Made by a program: the position numbers and the translations under genes. A stretch of DNA of 64,000 nt from Lepidodermella squamata (Eukaryota > Animalia > Gastrotricha), in the NCBI GenBank assembly GCA_047495785.1, contig JBLDXI010000024.1:1984001-2048000 (forward strand), given 5' to 3'. Positions within the stretch are counted from its first letter, which is position 1. Each line of letters begins with the position of its first letter. Positions 60,431 to 64,000 of the stretch are shown one piece after another. The notes under the pieces were generated by a model. It worked only from the letters and a program-made list of their open reading frames with translations. It was not told where the DNA came from and searched no databases.

Positions 60431-61050
60431 TTACCAGAGATGAAACTCCTATTGGGAACTTGAAGTTTTTTTCTTTTGCCGATTTTCGTAAATTTGCGTT
60501 ATGGCTGATCTTTTTGAAACTGGCGCATACATGCTTACATGTAAAACAAGGTGTTTTCCTAATGGTTGTACCCAAAATAGCTCATCATGGAATTCCCATT
60601 TTTTCCCACTGATCGGTGGGAAAAATCTTGATTATGACCAGCTCAGAGGATTTCGTACGGAAATGAACGGTTTTGACGCCATAGCGATTTTCCCGAAGGT
60701 CACTTATTTGGGGGTTCATTCCGTGGGGTCAAGGCAACAAGGCACCCATGGGTGGTTTTGCCTTGACCCCACGGCCACTTCCTTAATCGGACAATCGCTT
60801 TCTTTAGTGGAATGTGGAATTGATAGAACCAAGTCCATATTATAAGCATATGAAATTATTTGTCTACCAAAGGCAGCATTCAGCATTATGCTTCCGTATT
60901 GCAGGATCAAAGGTCAACTCCCGAAAAAAATTGTTATTGCGTTTTTTGTATATCTCTGCGTGCATAATTTTCGCCGCTTCGTCACTTCGTGGTTTCTTCG
61001 TTTCCGGCAAAAGTGTTTTTTTGATTTTTCCGATTATTCTGTTCCATTAC

Positions 61051-61614
61051 ATGGCTTCGAATAGCGCACCCGGTCCCAGTCACCCCGGTAAGAAGCGTAA
61101 AGTTGATGCCGGGGCGGCTGCCGCGATGACCGACGAGCAACTCATGACTGAGTTGTCGCAAACGGTCATTTCTCCGCAACTCCCAGCCGAACGCCGAGTG
61201 AAACTGCGAAACGTTTTACTCGCAGTCAATAGCTATCGAGGTACTCATTTTTTTAATTTGTAAAGCAGTCAACGATAATGATTTTTTTATTCAGGGGGTT
61301 ACTCGAAATGGTCCTTTGAAATGGAAAATCGATTGCGACATATGCATGCAGCGTTTGCACTAATCGGCAAATCATCCACCGCTCCCAAGTCTGCGTGGGA
61401 CGCGTGGATGGTGGAAAACCCCGAAGATGCAAACGGGGCGTTCGAGCGAATGGTGGGCAAAAAACAAACCCCGATTTTGCGAAAGATAGCCGAGCTGGAC
61501 GCTGACATAAAGAAAGGCTTCTTCAAATTCGACTTTTCTAAGGATTACAACGAAATGGTCTGGGACACCAGCCTTAATCCGAGCAAATGGCGAGTGATCG
61601 AGAAAGATGCTTGA
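61051..61614 (+). CDS. Small orphan protein (~170 aa) with SV40-type NLS, 2 exons
   Basis: ATG at 61051; PGKKRKV; phase-1 intron 61241-61294 joins in frame to ORF 61321-61614. Confidence 0.6.
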
Positions 61615-61914
61615 ACTCAATTTTTATTTTCAAATTTGTGATCAAATAGAAGTAATTGAAACACTCCGATGGCGAAGCCAAATAAAGGTGTAATGTCTTG
61701 CTCAAATTTTGTAAAACATTCAACCGTATAATCAAATTAATCAGCCATTTTCGCATAAAAAAGGCGGTTTTCATTCTCCAAAACCTGCGGGGCGAAAGGT
61801 CTTGCTTGCATTCGTTGACGATTTCCAAGCGAATTTCATTACTTTCTTCAATTCTAGCTCAGCGTTCTCAGCAGCTATCTCGTTCAAAATATTATTTTTC
61901 TGGCGTATTATTTT

Positions 61915-62460
61915 TCAGCCGGAACACGCGCTAAAAACATCACCTTCAACCGAGTGAATTGGTAGAATGTTTCCAATCCTTTTTCGAATTTCGTAAAAAA
62001 CCTCTCGCTTGACATCAGGTAAACCCAAGTCTACCCGCATGCTATAGGTTTGCCGAGCACCCAGATTATGCCGCAGGCCTTTTCTGATCAATCTTTGATG
62101 ATAAAGCACATGCATTATCGCATTAGAAATTTAAGCTAAATAATTTTACTCGAGAGCTTTAGACTCCGGCGAAGGTTCTGCTTTGCGGGGCCAGGAAACT
62201 TCAACACTTCCGATCCCTTGATAATCTATTTTCAAAGTAGCCTTAGTGACAACAGCGCCATTCATCACAGCACCCAGGTATGACTCTGGCTGCTGGAGAT
62301 GAATGAGTTGCCCTGTTTCGGCTCTCGCTATTACACTTCGCGGTTTCAGCTCGGCGACCGGATCTGATTTAGAGCGAGAGCGACTGATCGTTTTGGCCAG
62401 CCCTTCTTTGTCTACTGGTTCAGTATAAAAAATGGCATTTGTAAAGAGCTTAATCTGATT
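61915..62460 (-). CDS. Unknown protein, at least 2 exons, start not resolved
   Basis: ORF 62146-62529 (CTC GA|gtaaaa) can splice in frame to ORF 61915-62115 (caaag|A TTG ATC); no recognisable motif. Confidence 0.35.
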
Positions 62461-63032
62461 ATTTGTAAAATGATGACATATATCATATGCTACTATATGA
62501 TTATGGAGTAATTTGGTGACTTTTTGCAACCGCAGGGCATGGATGGTGTTTCGATGGATTGATTATTTTATTACTTCTTACTATTTCTCAATGGTATTGA
62601 TTCCTCTCAGGATAAATACAAAAAAATCAAAAGCATGGCCGCGTCGCAGCTGCTATTTTTTTCTGAGGCTGACCTTTGATCCTGCAATCCGCATTTTGCA
62701 TTTTTTGGGATTCTGCTACTGAATATTGCTGTAACTGCAAAGGCTGAAATCGTTGCTAAGTTCTTTTTTCAAATCATTTCAAAGCAGCCTACGGAATTTC
62801 CCTAATTTCGAGCATTTTATCATGCGATGCGCGAACACGTTTTGCCATCCGGAATGACGGCTGGGTGGTTTAGGTATAAAGCATGTAAACCAAAAAAATA
62901 AAGCAACCGAAACCAATGAATAATTTTTCAACGGTGCCTTTGGTAGATAAATAATTTCATAAGATGCAAGACTCACATGTTGCATTGATGAAAACAGAGG
63001 TGATTTTATTCAATATTTGAAATTTATAAAAT

Positions 63033-64000
63033 TCACCAGTGCCAAGATTTACCATATTTCTCAAAGTCAGCCCTCCGTTTTGCCAGTAATTCTTCTGTGT
63101 TACTCGGCCTCTTTTCGGTAGATGGCCTGAACATTGGAGTAGGCGGCAAATCCCGTTCTTTCAAGAAAGCATTCGGCAGCAGGTGATCAGTCACCAAATT
63201 CAGCTCGACGGTTTCAATAATTTCTTTCCTGTATTTCTTTGGCTCCCTGTTACAAGATCCGCTGCTGAAATTTGTGGCCCAGCAAATGTAATCATAGAGC
63301 ACGAACGGGGTTACTTCGATGCCTACATGATTTGCGGTACCACCTGCATGCTTCATAATCCCGACTTTCCAGTCGGACAACGCAAGAACCTCAGGGTCAT
63401 CAGTCATGCGTGATTTCATTGCAGGGTGAGTTGCTTCCTTATTATCGCGAATGTGCCAACTGTAATCGCCACGGTGGTGCATGAACAGATAGTAGGCTAA
63501 CAAATCGTATTGCGTGTACTCGGCATATTTCGTACAAATCGCGTTAAATGCCTTCTCAAATGTTGTATTGTGAACTTTTGCGACGTGCGCGCGGAATGGG
63601 GCGAAATGCTTGCGGTGAACGATGAAGGGGAACCCGACTACAGCCATGAAAATGCCGATTTTTTTGCCGTTCGTTATACTCGAAGCCACCAACTCCCAAT
63701 CGTCGATACAGCAGCCGTTGTAGCCGGAGATTCTAGGTTTCCCGCCTTCGAACAAATCTTCAGGAATGACTTTTGTGACGAAGAACGTGTCAGTGTCTGC
63801 GATTCCTATGAATTCAGAGTCGGAAAGCAAATCGGCGTAGAAATTCGAGTAGATTTGTCGCGAATAGCCGATTCTCCTCCAGCCTGAACACAGCGTTCCA
63901 TCCGGCGGCATTTTTTCGAAAGCAACATTAGGGTAAGGAGGTAGTAGAGCTAAGGTGGTTGCAACTGCGTGATCTCTGTTCGATTCTTCGTCGAAAACAA
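63033..64000 (-). CDS. Partial GT-A-fold nucleotide-sugar transferase-like protein (5' end outside window)
   Basis: Frame is open to the window edge (VFDEESNRDH...). GYSRQIYSNFYAD...FIGIADTDTFF...PEDLF..GKP contains a DXD motif; no intron in about 970 nt. Confidence 0.6.
   Translation of the reverse strand, partial: VFDEESNRDHAVATTLALLPPYPNVAFEKMPPDGTLCSGWRRIGYSRQIYSNFYADLLSDSEFIGIADTDTFFVTKVIPEDLFEGGKPRISGYNGCCIDDWELVASSITNGKKIGIFMAVVGFPFIVHRKHFAPFRAHVAKVHNTTFEKAFNAICTKYAEYTQYDLLAYYLFMHHRGDYSWHIRDNKEATHPAMKSRMTDDPEVLALSDWKVGIMKHAGGTANHVGIEVTPFVLYDYICWATNFSSGSCNREPKKYRKEIIETVELNLVTDHLLPNAFLKERDLPPTPMFRPSTEKRPSNTEELLAKRRADFEKYGKSWHW

Overview
Eukaryotic DNA from a compact, gene-dense invertebrate animal genome (short AT-rich GT-AG introns, often 45-60 nt; very short intergenic spacers). 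The taxon cannot be named from the sequence. In order, the window holds: a secreted protein with three L-type (legume/ConA-like) lectin domains; three tandem white-like ABCG half-transporters; tRNA-Asp(GTC); MGAT1; a trypsin protease whose first exon is a huge Gly/His- and N/Q/G/P-rich low-complexity region; an intronless GT32 glycosyltransferase; a GPI-type laccase; a TRIM-like RING/B-box/coiled-coil protein ending in UBR-box-like zinc fingers; a triplicated [GT32 + intronless GABA-B-like class C GPCR] unit with reciprocal gene decay and mosaicism; a lectin-mucin-SEA-GPI surface protein; two carbohydrate sulfotransferases; three small secreted basic peptides; an inverted Penelope-like retroelement remnant with hammerhead ribozymes; orphan genes; a partial GT-A-like gene; and many MITEs and LINE fragments. 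The best candidate for an undescribed system is a predicted spliced apolipoprotein-L / immunity-related GTPase (IRG) fusion gene at 55782-57950. All exon structures were inferred by eye from GT-AG sites and phase, and all family calls come from motif recognition, not database searches.
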